DNA of 36,449 nt from a virus (lineage: Duplodnaviria > Caudoviricetes), in IMG/VR virus record IMGVR_UViG_3300026270_000555, positions 1-36,449 of that record. One strand, given 5' to 3'. The first letter of the stretch is position 1. Each line of letters opens with the position of its first letter. The notes below the pieces were generated by a model that saw only the letters and a list, made by a program, of their open reading frames with translations, had not been told where the DNA came from and made no database searches. Positions 8,853 through 17,640 of the stretch are shown here, in pieces. The translations under genes and the position numbers were made by a program.

Positions 8853-10246
8853 TATAAGTTCGCCTTCTCAATGTTAACTGTTATGTCTTGTGTTGATCTA
8901 TCTATTTTAATAAAACCATTTGTTACTAATTTTCTTATATCCGTGATTGCTTTATTCCTGTAAACTCTTTTTGTAGTATCTTGTGAATTCTTATAAGCAA
9001 CATCACTTTGTGCAACCGTCTGTCCTGTACGTGATCCTATATCTTTGTAATATATGTGACCTGCAATGATATCTTTTATCTTATCATTTGTTGTGACTAA
9101 ATTATAAGCCTCATTGGCTGTTAAAAAATTTACACTGTCAAAGGTAGAAGTAGAACCTATAACTGTTGTATCTGCTTTATCGGAATTGTCAGTTATTCCT
9201 TTTGCCACTGCTAATGTTCCTACTGCCGCAATAGCACCTACTCCAAAATTTGCAACTGGACTTGAAACTGTTCCTGCCTGTTTTCCTACTTCTAGTATTC
9301 CTTTTTTGGCAAGTCCTTTTAATTCTTCTTTCGCTCCTGCTTTTTTAATTTTTTTAGCATTGTTATATGTTTTCGATGCCGCCAAAATCGCACCTAAATA
9401 GTTTTTACCTTGTACTGCTTTCATTACAGATCCTATACCGTCTACTACACCACCAGGACCAAATATTGAATTTGTCCCTTTTCCAAATACTGTTAATGGC
9501 GACGGTTCGTGATCATAGTTTAATGTTGCAAAACCTGGCACATCATTTTTATTAATTGTTCCAGAATCATATAATACTGTTTCATAATAAACTTGCATCA
9601 CATTTGAAAGTGTGCCTGCTCCATCGGCATTATCTACTGAGTCGTGTGCAAAAGAACCAATAACTGGATTTACTAATTGCATTGAAGTAAATCTCTTTTT
9701 GTGTAGCAAAAAGATTATTATACTTTTTAAATATGGTTTCTTTTTTTTGGCTGGAGTGTCTAATCCAAACTTGTTAAATCTTCTTCTTTCTGTAATATCG
9801 TCGTATGCGTTATCTTTTGTATCCGATATTGTAAGTCCACTTTGTCCAAGGTTCACTGAATCTGCTATATGATACTCATAATATTTTTTCCAAAAAGCAT
9901 TAACGGTATCAGCATGGTCATCATGGAACGTAATGTTTACTGGTTCATATTGAATACGTGTTGCCACATATGCTTTTTTGTTGTACTGCACCAGTTCTTC
10001 TAGGTTCATACCGTATCTTGGTAAGTCACAACTTTTGACCAACATATCTAATTGCACATCTTCTTGTGGATTATATGGACTTACGAACATTGATTCATCA
10101 GTCTGAATCATAACATGAAACATGAACTTCTGTTTCGGCATAAGTCTGTAATTGTCGTCTATGTACAGTCTTGATGCGTGACGGAAGTCCTTCATGCCTG
10201 GTTGGCCATTTTGGATCCCTTGTAAAAAGTCGTTTATCTTTGGCAT
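8852..10246 (-). CDS. Tail-tube-fold baseplate protein (gp48/gp54-like tube initiator or cap)
   Basis: LVKSCDLP...YN...IQYEPVNITFHDD parallels the tail tube motif ITRPNL...YN...TWEPITITLRDD; directly downstream of the tube gene. Confidence 0.6.
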   Translation of the reverse strand: MPKINDFLQGIQNGQPGMKDFRHASRLYIDDNYRLMPKQKFMFHVMIQTDESMFVSPYNPQEDVQLDMLVKSCDLPRYGMNLEELVQYNKKAYVATRIQYEPVNITFHDDHADTVNAFWKKYYEYHIADSVNLGQSGLTISDTKDNAYDDITERRRFNKFGLDTPAKKKKPYLKSIIIFLLHKKRFTSMQLVNPVIGSFAHDSVDNADGAGTLSNVMQVYYETVLYDSGTINKNDVPGFATLNYDHEPSPLTVFGKGTNSIFGPGGVVDGIGSVMKAVQGKNYLGAILAASKTYNNAKKIKKAGAKEELKGLAKKGILEVGKQAGTVSSPVANFGVGAIAAVGTLAVAKGITDNSDKADTTVIGSTSTFDSVNFLTANEAYNLVTTNDKIKDIIAGHIYYKDIGSRTGQTVAQSDVAYKNSQDTTKRVYRNKAITDIRKLVTNGFIKIDRSTQDITVNIEKANL

Positions 10247-10253
10247 ATACTTG

Positions 10254-10261
10254 TATTTATA
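10254..10261 (-). promoter_or_regulatory. T4-type late promoter TATAAATA
   Basis: Exact consensus, 7 nt before ATG 10246. Confidence 0.75.
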
Positions 10262-10266
10262 GCCAC

Positions 10267-10293
10267 AAAAAAAGCACCATAAAAAGGTGCTTT
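10267..10293 (-). terminator. Intrinsic terminator after the tail tube gene
   Basis: AAAGCACC/GGTGCTTT stem followed by a T7 tract on the minus strand. Confidence 0.7.
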
Positions 10294-10322
10294 CCTTGTA
10301 TTATAAATGCTAATTCTAATTT

Positions 10323-10943
10323 TTACGAACCAGTACTTAATGTACCAACTGTTCTTGCAACTGCTGTACCAATACCTGTTCCTTGTGGTGTTTGTATACA
10401 GTTGTCATATCTAACCGACATTGTAATTGTAGCCGGGTCTGATGTTGCGTATGCTAGTGTGTTGTAGTTAACGTTTTCAACATAAGCACCATATAACTCA
10501 AATGTTTCTAATACATTTGGTGTGCTTGAACCGTTACCACCGTCTAACATTTCAATTCTAGTTGTAAATTTGTAATCAATACCCGATGCCGCCGAACTTT
10601 GTTCAAAGAAATCGAATTGTTTCTGAATTTGTTCTCCAACAAGTTTAGTAACTGAGTTGTTTACATCATCTCTTAATGTGATTGTAATTGGTTCCCAAGT
10701 GTGTTTACCAGCAACATAAACTTTTGAGTTGTAAACATCTAATGTTACGTTATCAAATGTTAAGTTTGGTCTAGTAATGTCTACTACTTGTTTCGTTAAT
10801 TCTGAACGCGGTGTTGATACTCCAAAACCTTCCAGGATCGCTCTAAAACGATATTGTAGTTTTGGCATCAATAAGCCTTGTGATGCTGAACTCTGATCGT
10901 TCGCTAGTGGTACTGTAAATTTTGATAAAGTTGATATTGCCAT
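10323..10943 (-). CDS. gp19: Tail tube protein (gp19-like)
   Basis: Follows the sheath gene; PKLQYRFR, AGKHTWEPITITLRDD and YD terminal motifs; AGGAG RBS; TAAATA at 10956-10961. Confidence 0.85.
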   Translation of the reverse strand: MAISTLSKFTVPLANDQSSASQGLLMPKLQYRFRAILEGFGVSTPRSELTKQVVDITRPNLTFDNVTLDVYNSKVYVAGKHTWEPITITLRDDVNNSVTKLVGEQIQKQFDFFEQSSAASGIDYKFTTRIEMLDGGNGSSTPNVLETFELYGAYVENVNYNTLAYATSDPATITMSVRYDNCIQTPQGTGIGTAVARTVGTLSTGS

Positions 10944-10969
10944 GTTTCTCTCTCCTATTTATTCAAAAA

Positions 10970-13900
10970 TTAGTTCCCTAATTTTGCAATTTCTCCTGTG
11001 TTTTTAATTCTCAACGGTATGTAAATGAATTCAACTGATTTGATTGGCTCAATTGCTATATCTACATACAGTTCGTTTCTGTCTATTCTAGTAGGTGTGT
11101 TGTTTGTGTCATCACAAACTACTAGGAAGTCATACAATGCTCTTTGACCAACAAGTTCTAGTAAGAATGATTCAATTGCTTGTTTGATTTCATTTCTTGT
11201 AAGTTCATCGTTTGGTTCAAATATAAATGGTTTTCCAATTGCATCTAATTGACTTCTTAGGTACACTGCTAATCTAGAAACATTTATTCTATCTAGTGCT
11301 GAACTTGAAGAAGTTTTAGTTAAGTTACCAAAGTTAACAATTCCTGCTCCTGAGAAGAACGTGATTGGGTTAACTTTTACTTCATGCATTGAATCTCTCA
11401 CTGCCTCTGTTACAGATATTGTTTCAAATTCACCTGATGATGCGTTAATGTAACCAACTGATGTTGCATTGTCAACAATACCTCTTCTTGTTCCTGATGG
11501 TGCAAACCATGGGAAAGCAATATTGTCGTTGTTTGCTAAAGTTCTCATCATCATGTGTGACGCTGGAACTACAATTGATTTTCCGCTGTTGTCAGTTGTT
11601 AAACCTGATGGATAAAACACACCCAAGTAATCACTTGCACTTACTAATCCATCTTCGCCGTTATCTAATGCTGACGCTGAGTTGTTTGCCCAGTTTTGGA
11701 TAGCAGTTGATGTTCCTTCTAATCTCATTGGAGTATCTCCAACTACAAATGCTGTGTTGTTTCTGTCAGTGTTTAAGTTAATCATGTTTGAAATCAACTC
11801 TGGATAACCAGGTGTTGCAATAACGTTGAAGCCTCTTTGGTCTTCTCTGATTGCTTGGTTAGTGTCGATCTCTGATTTTAATTGTTCAACAATTACTTTT
11901 CTCTGTGCTTTTCTACCAAAAGATCCAGAACCGTTTGCGTTGTTGCTTGATTTAGTTACCCATCTGTCTGGGTAGTAAGATGCTACTGACTCGTTGCTTT
12001 GTCTTACGTTTCCTAAACCACTTGATCCGCTTCCTGGATATTTTGCAGTTGTGATGTAACTGTTTTTGTATTCTTTAACATTGTAACCACTTCTTCTTGT
12101 GTTCCAAAGTAATATACCTTGTGGGTATGCCGCTGGATCTGGAGCATCTGGATCTAAGAAACCATCACTTAACAATGCTTTGATTGTTGAAGGAGTTCCT
12201 GCCGCTTTGCTAGTTCCTGCCGCTTTATCAGTTGAAGTATGCCATCTTGCATCTGCAAAAACAATACCGTCTTCTGTTGTTTGGTCTGTTTTGTCAACTA
12301 GTTCCCAAGCCGCACCTGATGTAGTTACTGCAACTTGGTTCGCTGTGTTTGAAGAACTTAAAGTTGCTGATGTGTTGTATTTGTAAAGTTTTGGATAGTT
12401 TTCTAAGTCTGAAGTATCAATCCATAAGTCGTTAGTTACAAGTGCAGTACCATCTGATTGTGTAGTTGGTGCTGTTGCACTAAACTGTGGACCATTTGGA
12501 TCTGTACTTGCGTATGCTGTTGCATATCCAACCCAAGTAGTACCATTGTGTGCCATAATGTCAGCAACATCAATGTTTGTGTCATACCATAATGTACCGT
12601 CTGCTGGTTCATTGTTTGGTGTGCTTGTACTTGCTGTGTATGATAATCTTTTCCAGTTAGTTGCGATCACTTCTGATCCTGTTGAAGAATCTTCTGTGTC
12701 ACCTGCAGGTGCAACATATAAGTTGTCCACTAAAGTTGAACTGTTTGCAGTGTAACCACCGTAAGCGTGTGCTTGTGATGTTCCAAAACCAGCATCACCT
12801 AACACGTCACCTGTTCCTGTGTTGTTCATTCTAATGTCACCACCTAGTGTGTGTTCTATAACAATTTCACCAGTTGATAATTTAGATGCTTTGATGTTTA
12901 TAAGTCTTGTTGTTGAATTAGCCGCCGCACTTGCGTCAACTTTTCCGTTTACATCTGCAATAAATGTGTCAGCAGTTGTACCACTCATAGTAATTTCTAT
13001 TGGAGTACTCATTGCCGATTGATTTTTTCTAGATTCACTTATTGTAAATGTTTCTGAACCTGTAAATGTGTGTGAAGTTAATCTACTTGTGATAGTTGTT
13101 TTTCCACCTTCGTATCTGAATAACTGGAAATCACCAACATTGTTTGTTGTGTCATCTTGTGAACCATCTGTTGTGTTAATCTTTTGCTCAGTTACATTGT
13201 ATTGTGCATACAAAGTTCCAACTGTCAAAGCAGTTCCACCGTTAGCCGCATCTAAGTTGTAAATCGCAGAATTATTTGATTCATATAATGGTGCCGCTAC
13301 TGTTGAGAAACTTGCACTTGCTGAACTGTATAATTTAGCAACAATGTTTGCTCCTGAGTTCGCTGAAGTTGTTTTAAACCAAACCGAACCAGTTGGTCTG
13401 TTCTCATCTGCTGTTTTCCAAGTTGGTCTGTTTGTGTGTTTGTCTTGTAAAAATTTAGGTGCTCTGTAGTTTCCTGCTGTGATTCCTAAACCTGCTAATA
13501 GTCCTGTACCTTCTTCAAAGTCAACTATTTCTCTGTTTGTTGAATCACCGAACTCACCACCATCATGGAAAATGTCTAAGTTTCCTGTTGTAGTGTTGAT
13601 GCTTGAACTTACACCTGGAATGTTTGCCGCGTTCAAAGCCGTGTTAACATTTGATAAAGCAGTACCACCTGTCTGTACAGTGATACCATTAATTTTCATG
13701 TTATGGCTGTTTGTAACTGTTGTTCCAGAAGCAACTGAAATAATAGGTAGTGATAAGTGCCATGCACTTGACCCAACTTGTACCCAAGCATTTGCTTCTG
13801 TTTTCTTGTAAATCTTGTTAGTTACGTGTGTTGTATTGATTGCGTAATCACCTGTGATACCAATTGAAGTTTTTGGTACACCAGTTGAAACACCACCTAC

Positions 13901-14410
13901 TAAATCAGTAACTGATGTAATAAGTGTTGGTGCAATCGTTGTGAATTTTTGATCTGTTTTTGACCACTCAAATAATCCATAACTGCTTGATGCAAGGTCA
14001 AACCAGTATGTGCCATCTGTTGGTGCCGCTGTAGGAGCCGATGCACTTCCTAGTAATTCACTAGTGTTAACATTTGCTCTTAAAACGTATGCTCTGTTGG
14101 CAACTCCTAAGAAAGAATATGCCGCTTGTAGACCCCATTCATTTAATTCATAACCATGTAATGAATTGCCTGATGCGTCTTGATAAAATTTTGGATCACC
14201 AAAAGTTTCTGTTAATTCTCTTTGTGAAGAAATCAAATAAGCAGTGTTGGCGTTTGCTGTTTGTGTTCCAGCCGCTGTGCTGTCACCTGCTCCGTTCTTC
14301 TTATCCTGTGATGATGCTACTATGAATAGTGGTGTAGTACCCGCATCTGATGGTACATAAAAACTTTCGTTTATTACACTTACCTCTACTCCTGGTGCTG
14401 TTAATGCCAT
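10970..14410 (-). CDS. gp18: Tail sheath protein (gp18-like) with large central insertion domains
   Basis: N-terminal APGVEV, FGDP; C-terminal PWFAPSG.RRG, DRINVSRL, FEPND, CDDTNNTP..ID.NEL, EFIYIP; AAGGAG RBS. Confidence 0.95.
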   Translation of the reverse strand: MALTAPGVEVSVINESFYVPSDAGTTPLFIVASSQDKKNGAGDSTAAGTQTANANTAYLISSQRELTETFGDPKFYQDASGNSLHGYELNEWGLQAAYSFLGVANRAYVLRANVNTSELLGSASAPTAAPTDGTYWFDLASSSYGLFEWSKTDQKFTTIAPTLITSVTDLVGGVSTGVPKTSIGITGDYAINTTHVTNKIYKKTEANAWVQVGSSAWHLSLPIISVASGTTVTNSHNMKINGITVQTGGTALSNVNTALNAANIPGVSSSINTTTGNLDIFHDGGEFGDSTNREIVDFEEGTGLLAGLGITAGNYRAPKFLQDKHTNRPTWKTADENRPTGSVWFKTTSANSGANIVAKLYSSASASFSTVAAPLYESNNSAIYNLDAANGGTALTVGTLYAQYNVTEQKINTTDGSQDDTTNNVGDFQLFRYEGGKTTITSRLTSHTFTGSETFTISESRKNQSAMSTPIEITMSGTTADTFIADVNGKVDASAAANSTTRLINIKASKLSTGEIVIEHTLGGDIRMNNTGTGDVLGDAGFGTSQAHAYGGYTANSSTLVDNLYVAPAGDTEDSSTGSEVIATNWKRLSYTASTSTPNNEPADGTLWYDTNIDVADIMAHNGTTWVGYATAYASTDPNGPQFSATAPTTQSDGTALVTNDLWIDTSDLENYPKLYKYNTSATLSSSNTANQVAVTTSGAAWELVDKTDQTTEDGIVFADARWHTSTDKAAGTSKAAGTPSTIKALLSDGFLDPDAPDPAAYPQGILLWNTRRSGYNVKEYKNSYITTAKYPGSGSSGLGNVRQSNESVASYYPDRWVTKSSNNANGSGSFGRKAQRKVIVEQLKSEIDTNQAIREDQRGFNVIATPGYPELISNMINLNTDRNNTAFVVGDTPMRLEGTSTAIQNWANNSASALDNGEDGLVSASDYLGVFYPSGLTTDNSGKSIVVPASHMMMRTLANNDNIAFPWFAPSGTRRGIVDNATSVGYINASSGEFETISVTEAVRDSMHEVKVNPITFFSGAGIVNFGNLTKTSSSSALDRINVSRLAVYLRSQLDAIGKPFIFEPNDELTRNEIKQAIESFLLELVGQRALYDFLVVCDDTNNTPTRIDRNELYVDIAIEPIKSVEFIYIPLRIKNTGEIAKLGN

Positions 14411-14451
14411 TTTACGTGTTCTCCTTGCAAGTTTGTACGTATATACTGAAG

Positions 14452-14459
14452 TATTTATA
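14452..14459 (-). promoter_or_regulatory. T4-type late promoter TATAAATA for sheath/tube
   Basis: Exact consensus, about 40 nt upstream of the sheath ATG. Confidence 0.75.
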
Positions 14460-14530
14460 AGAATATTCGTAATTTAACACTTAATTTACTAAATCAGTGG
14501 TGCCTATATAGGCAACGTAAATACTTGCAT

Positions 14531-14890
14531 ATGAATAATGCAGTTAGACCCTTATGTGTAGAGTGCAAAACCAAACCAAGAGCATATGCTTATAGGAAGA
14601 ATGACAAGATCTATTGGCGTAGGCTGTGTGATACCTGCAATAGGAAAAAGCATAACAAGAAAGTAGGCGGAATAACAGCACTACAAAGGTCGGGGTATAA
14701 AAAGAAACGTAAGTGCGAATTGTGTGGATTCAAAGCACAAAATCCTGTACAACTAGATGTGTTTTTTGTTGACGGAAATTTGAGGAATACTGCTATTACT
14801 AATTTAAAAACTGTGTGTGCTAATTGCCAAAGATTAGGTGGTACTAAACGTCTTGGTTGGCGTATCGGCGACCTCGAAGCGGATGATTAA
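14531..14890 (+). CDS. Zn-ribbon / degenerate HNH-fold protein
   Basis: Four CxxC pairs; LDVFFVDG..N...NL..VCANC is an HNH pattern lacking His. Start placed at ATG 14531, 7 nt after TAAATA 14518-14523. Confidence 0.75.
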   Translation: MNNAVRPLCVECKTKPRAYAYRKNDKIYWRRLCDTCNRKKHNKKVGGITALQRSGYKKKRKCELCGFKAQNPVQLDVFFVDGNLRNTAITNLKTVCANCQRLGGTKRLGWRIGDLEADD

Positions 14891-15439
14891 ATCATCGACT
14901 TTTTTGTACAAGTCTTCTAATGTACCGTTGTTATCAATAACGTAATCAAAACTGCTATCAAGCCAATCCCATTCTGATTTATGGGCACCTCGTTCTTGCA
15001 TCTCTTTTTGTGTGGGCAATTCTCCTCTTTTGACACATATAATTTTGCCACCTTTTGCCTTAATTTTTTTAATTTCATTAACAAATCTTGTGTCTGAAAT
15101 TACAGTGTTGTCACCTTTGTATCTTCCCAAACAACTATCTACCCATATGCCATCATACATATTGCCACGCATGACTTCAGTACCAAAGTATTGTAATACC
15201 CATCTAGGTGTGACTGGCTTGCCAAATCTTTCACTCCAAAATTCATCAGGCTGTTCACGCCATTCTCTGCTGGCATCTGTTTTGCCTTCTAACAGTTCTC
15301 TGTCCCAATTGAACATGGAACTTACTGCATCTTTCAAACTTTTTGCAAATGAATCTCTTCTATAACTGTGCTGTGCAACCAGTCTTTCTGCAACTGTGTC
15401 CTTACCAGATCCGATTAATCCTACGATTCCTAATAGCAT
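14834..15439 (-). CDS. gp1: Deoxynucleoside monophosphate kinase (T4 gp1-like)
   Basis: P-loop GLIGSGKDT, SFA.SLKD, TPRWVLQYFGTE, VISDTRF.NE, H.SE and IDNNGTL motifs. Confidence 0.9.
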   Translation of the reverse strand: MLLGIVGLIGSGKDTVAERLVAQHSYRRDSFAKSLKDAVSSMFNWDRELLEGKTDASREWREQPDEFWSERFGKPVTPRWVLQYFGTEVMRGNMYDGIWVDSCLGRYKGDNTVISDTRFVNEIKKIKAKGGKIICVKRGELPTQKEMQERGAHKSEWDWLDSSFDYVIDNNGTLEDLYKKVDDLIIRFEVADTPTKTFSTT

Positions 15440-15444
15440 TCTTT

Positions 15445-15473
15445 ATTATACTATTTTTTAAGACGTTTTTCAA
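15445..15473 (-). promoter_or_regulatory. sigma70-type promoter for the dNMP kinase (probably leaderless)
   Basis: TTGAAA(15473-15468)-17 nt-TATAAT(15450-15445), then 5 nt to the ATG. Confidence 0.65.
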
Positions 15474-15633
15474 TGACTAATTTTGCTTCTTTTACCGCAC
15501 CTAATATAGATTTTCTTATGTCTAACTTTTTACTTTTTAAGGCACTGATGGACATATTTTCTAGATCATTTACAATTTGTTCTAGTTCATCTATATCGCA
15601 ATCTTCATATTTCTTGTATCTGGAGTCCGTCAT
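15451..15633 (-). CDS. Small hypothetical helical protein (60 aa)
   Basis: Fills the gap between neighbours; TAAATA at 15642-15647 lies 8 nt before the ATG. Confidence 0.6.
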   Translation of the reverse strand: MTDSRYKKYEDCDIDELEQIVNDLENMSISALKSKKLDIRKSILGAVKEAKLVIEKRLKK

Positions 15634-15665
15634 GACACAATTATTTAAAAGGATTTAGATTGTTA

Positions 15666-16427
15666 TTAACCAATAACAAAACTGTGTGGTGTTCCACCTT
15701 CTGCAAAATTACCTAGATCTTGTTCGAGTCTATCAATTTCTGCTTGGCCTTCTTGTTTCAATGCATCACCGTTAAGTGTTGTTCCGCCTTGTGGACCTGC
15801 TATTGTATTAAACTTGCCTCTCGCTTCGCCTAACATAAGTTTTGCAACAGCAAGTGTGTAATCTCTAATCCATGGTTTTGCATATATGTCTTTGAACAAT
15901 GTAATGTCTGGTCTATAATTGTCAGTGTGCATGAGCACTGTTTCGTTGTCTGCTCTAGGTTTTTGAGTTATTGTTAATTTTTTAGTTGCCACATCAAAAT
16001 GAAACTGTATAAAACTTCCAAACATTTTTCCTATCATTTCTTGATAAGATGCAAAAGCATAGTAAGTTGCCAAACCACCTGTTGCACCTGCTCTCAACAA
16101 GTAGGTATTTGTGTATGCCAAGTTGAATGGTTCAAACAATGTTCCACCTTCTCCACCTTCAGTTCGTGATCCAACAGTCCTTCTGTTAAGGTTTCTCACG
16201 TTGATTATTTCATCTGGTAAAATGTATGAATTTTGATTTTTCTTAAGTTCAAGAAAAGCATAAGATTCTTCAACTGCATTTGAAGATCTCTGTCTAAATT
16301 TATTCAATGCTCTAGTAAGAGCAGTTTCATAGTGTTTTGGGTCTAATTCAACGTCAATCATACCATCACCGAGGCTGTTTTTAACGTAATCGTATATCTC
16401 TTGTTGACCTGTTTGTAGTTCTGACAT
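15666..16427 (-). CDS. gp13: Neck protein (gp13-like head-tail adaptor)
   Basis: LG.GMIDVEL, WIRDYTLA..K..LGEARGKF...GPQGG.TLNG motifs; start at MSELQ (16427), 5 nt after TAAATA. Confidence 0.82.
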   Translation of the reverse strand: MSELQTGQQEIYDYVKNSLGDGMIDVELDPKHYETALTRALNKFRQRSSNAVEESYAFLELKKNQNSYILPDEIINVRNLNRRTVGSRTEGGEGGTLFEPFNLAYTNTYLLRAGATGGLATYYAFASYQEMIGKMFGSFIQFHFDVATKKLTITQKPRADNETVLMHTDNYRPDITLFKDIYAKPWIRDYTLAVAKLMLGEARGKFNTIAGPQGGTTLNGDALKQEGQAEIDRLEQDLGNFAEGGTPHSFVIG

Positions 16428-16429
16428 AC

Positions 16430-16465
16430 ACATATTTATTGCCTTTGCCTACGCAATAAATATGT
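16430..16465. promoter_or_regulatory. Back-to-back late promoters forming a 13-bp inverted repeat
   Basis: ACATATTTATTGC-10 nt-GCAATAAATATGT, with a TAAATA on each strand facing the divergent genes. Confidence 0.75.
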
Positions 16466-16470
16466 ATGAT

Positions 16471-17640
16471 ATGCCAAGATTATCCATTTTCAAGCCTGAA
16501 AAGGGCAATGACTACAAGTTCTTCGATCGTAACATCAAAGAGATGTTTACTGTGGGAGGAACTGATCTCCATTTTCACAAATATTTAGGTCCATATGATC
16601 AGGGAGATACAAACAAGGATGGTCCAGCATCTCCCAGCCAACCTAGAGTTACTGGACAAGATTTAAATGAAACTACCATACAAGATTTGCTATTTTTAGA
16701 AAATAGAGATAGAAAATATGCAGACGATGTGTATGTTGTCAGAGGCATATACAATGTGCAAGATCAGGATTTTAACCTATCACAATTTGGTATGTTTCTA
16801 TCAAACGATACATTATTTTTGACAGTACATCTAAATGACATAGTTGAAAGAATAGGAAGAAAACCTATGTCAGGCGATGTAATAGAATTGCCACATATGA
16901 AAGAAGATTATTCATTGGACGAAAGCATACCAATAGCATTGAAAAGATATTATGTTGTAGAAGATGTAAACAGAGCCGCAGAAGGATTTTCACAAACTTG
17001 GTGGCCACATCTACTTAGACTTAAGATGAAATCACTTGTTGATTCTCAAGAATACAAAGATATATTAGGTGATGCTCAAGCAACAGGATCACTGGCAAGT
17101 TATATGTCAACTTACAATAGAGAGAAAACAATAAATGATCAAATTGTTAAACAAGCAGAAGAAGATTCACCAAAAGCAGGATTTAATTACAAACAATACT
17201 ATGTTGCACCTATTGATGAACGAGGAAACATTAGAACAGACAACGTAAACACTACATCACAGAGAGCAAGTCAGTCAAGAAATGTAAATGCAGTCATAGA
17301 CACACCTGCAAGTTCGCACTATGGATTTTATTTGGACGGAGATGGTGTTGCACCAAACGGAAATCCTGCAGGTTTTGGTATTAATTTTCCTACTTCAAAT
17401 GTGGATAAAGGTGATTATTTCCTTAGAACAGATTACTTGCCAAACAGATTGTTCCGTTATGATGGAAACAGATGGGTAAAAATAGAAGATTCAGTAAGAA
17501 TAACTACAACGAACACAGATACCAGAGGAAACTTTAAAACAAATTTTGTCAATAATACTACCGAATCTACAATAAACGGATTAACTACAAAACAAAGACA
17601 GTCATTGACAAATGCACTGAAACCAAAGGCTGACAATTAA
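16471..17640 (+). CDS. Neck / head-closure protein (gp14-like)
   Basis: DLLFLENRDRKY, LSQFG.F...D.LF.T.H and GDVIELPH motifs; lies between gp13-like and gp15-like genes. Start placed at MPRLS (16471). Confidence 0.6.
   Translation: MPRLSIFKPEKGNDYKFFDRNIKEMFTVGGTDLHFHKYLGPYDQGDTNKDGPASPSQPRVTGQDLNETTIQDLLFLENRDRKYADDVYVVRGIYNVQDQDFNLSQFGMFLSNDTLFLTVHLNDIVERIGRKPMSGDVIELPHMKEDYSLDESIPIALKRYYVVEDVNRAAEGFSQTWWPHLLRLKMKSLVDSQEYKDILGDAQATGSLASYMSTYNREKTINDQIVKQAEEDSPKAGFNYKQYYVAPIDERGNIRTDNVNTTSQRASQSRNVNAVIDTPASSHYGFYLDGDGVAPNGNPAGFGINFPTSNVDKGDYFLRTDYLPNRLFRYDGNRWVKIEDSVRITTTNTDTRGNFKTNFVNNTTESTINGLTTKQRQSLTNALKPKADN

Noticed and set aside
14834-14890. 57-nt convergent overlap of the dNMP kinase and HNH-like genes
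   Set aside because: Most simply a non-conserved run-on tail of the kinase; there is no evidence of function.
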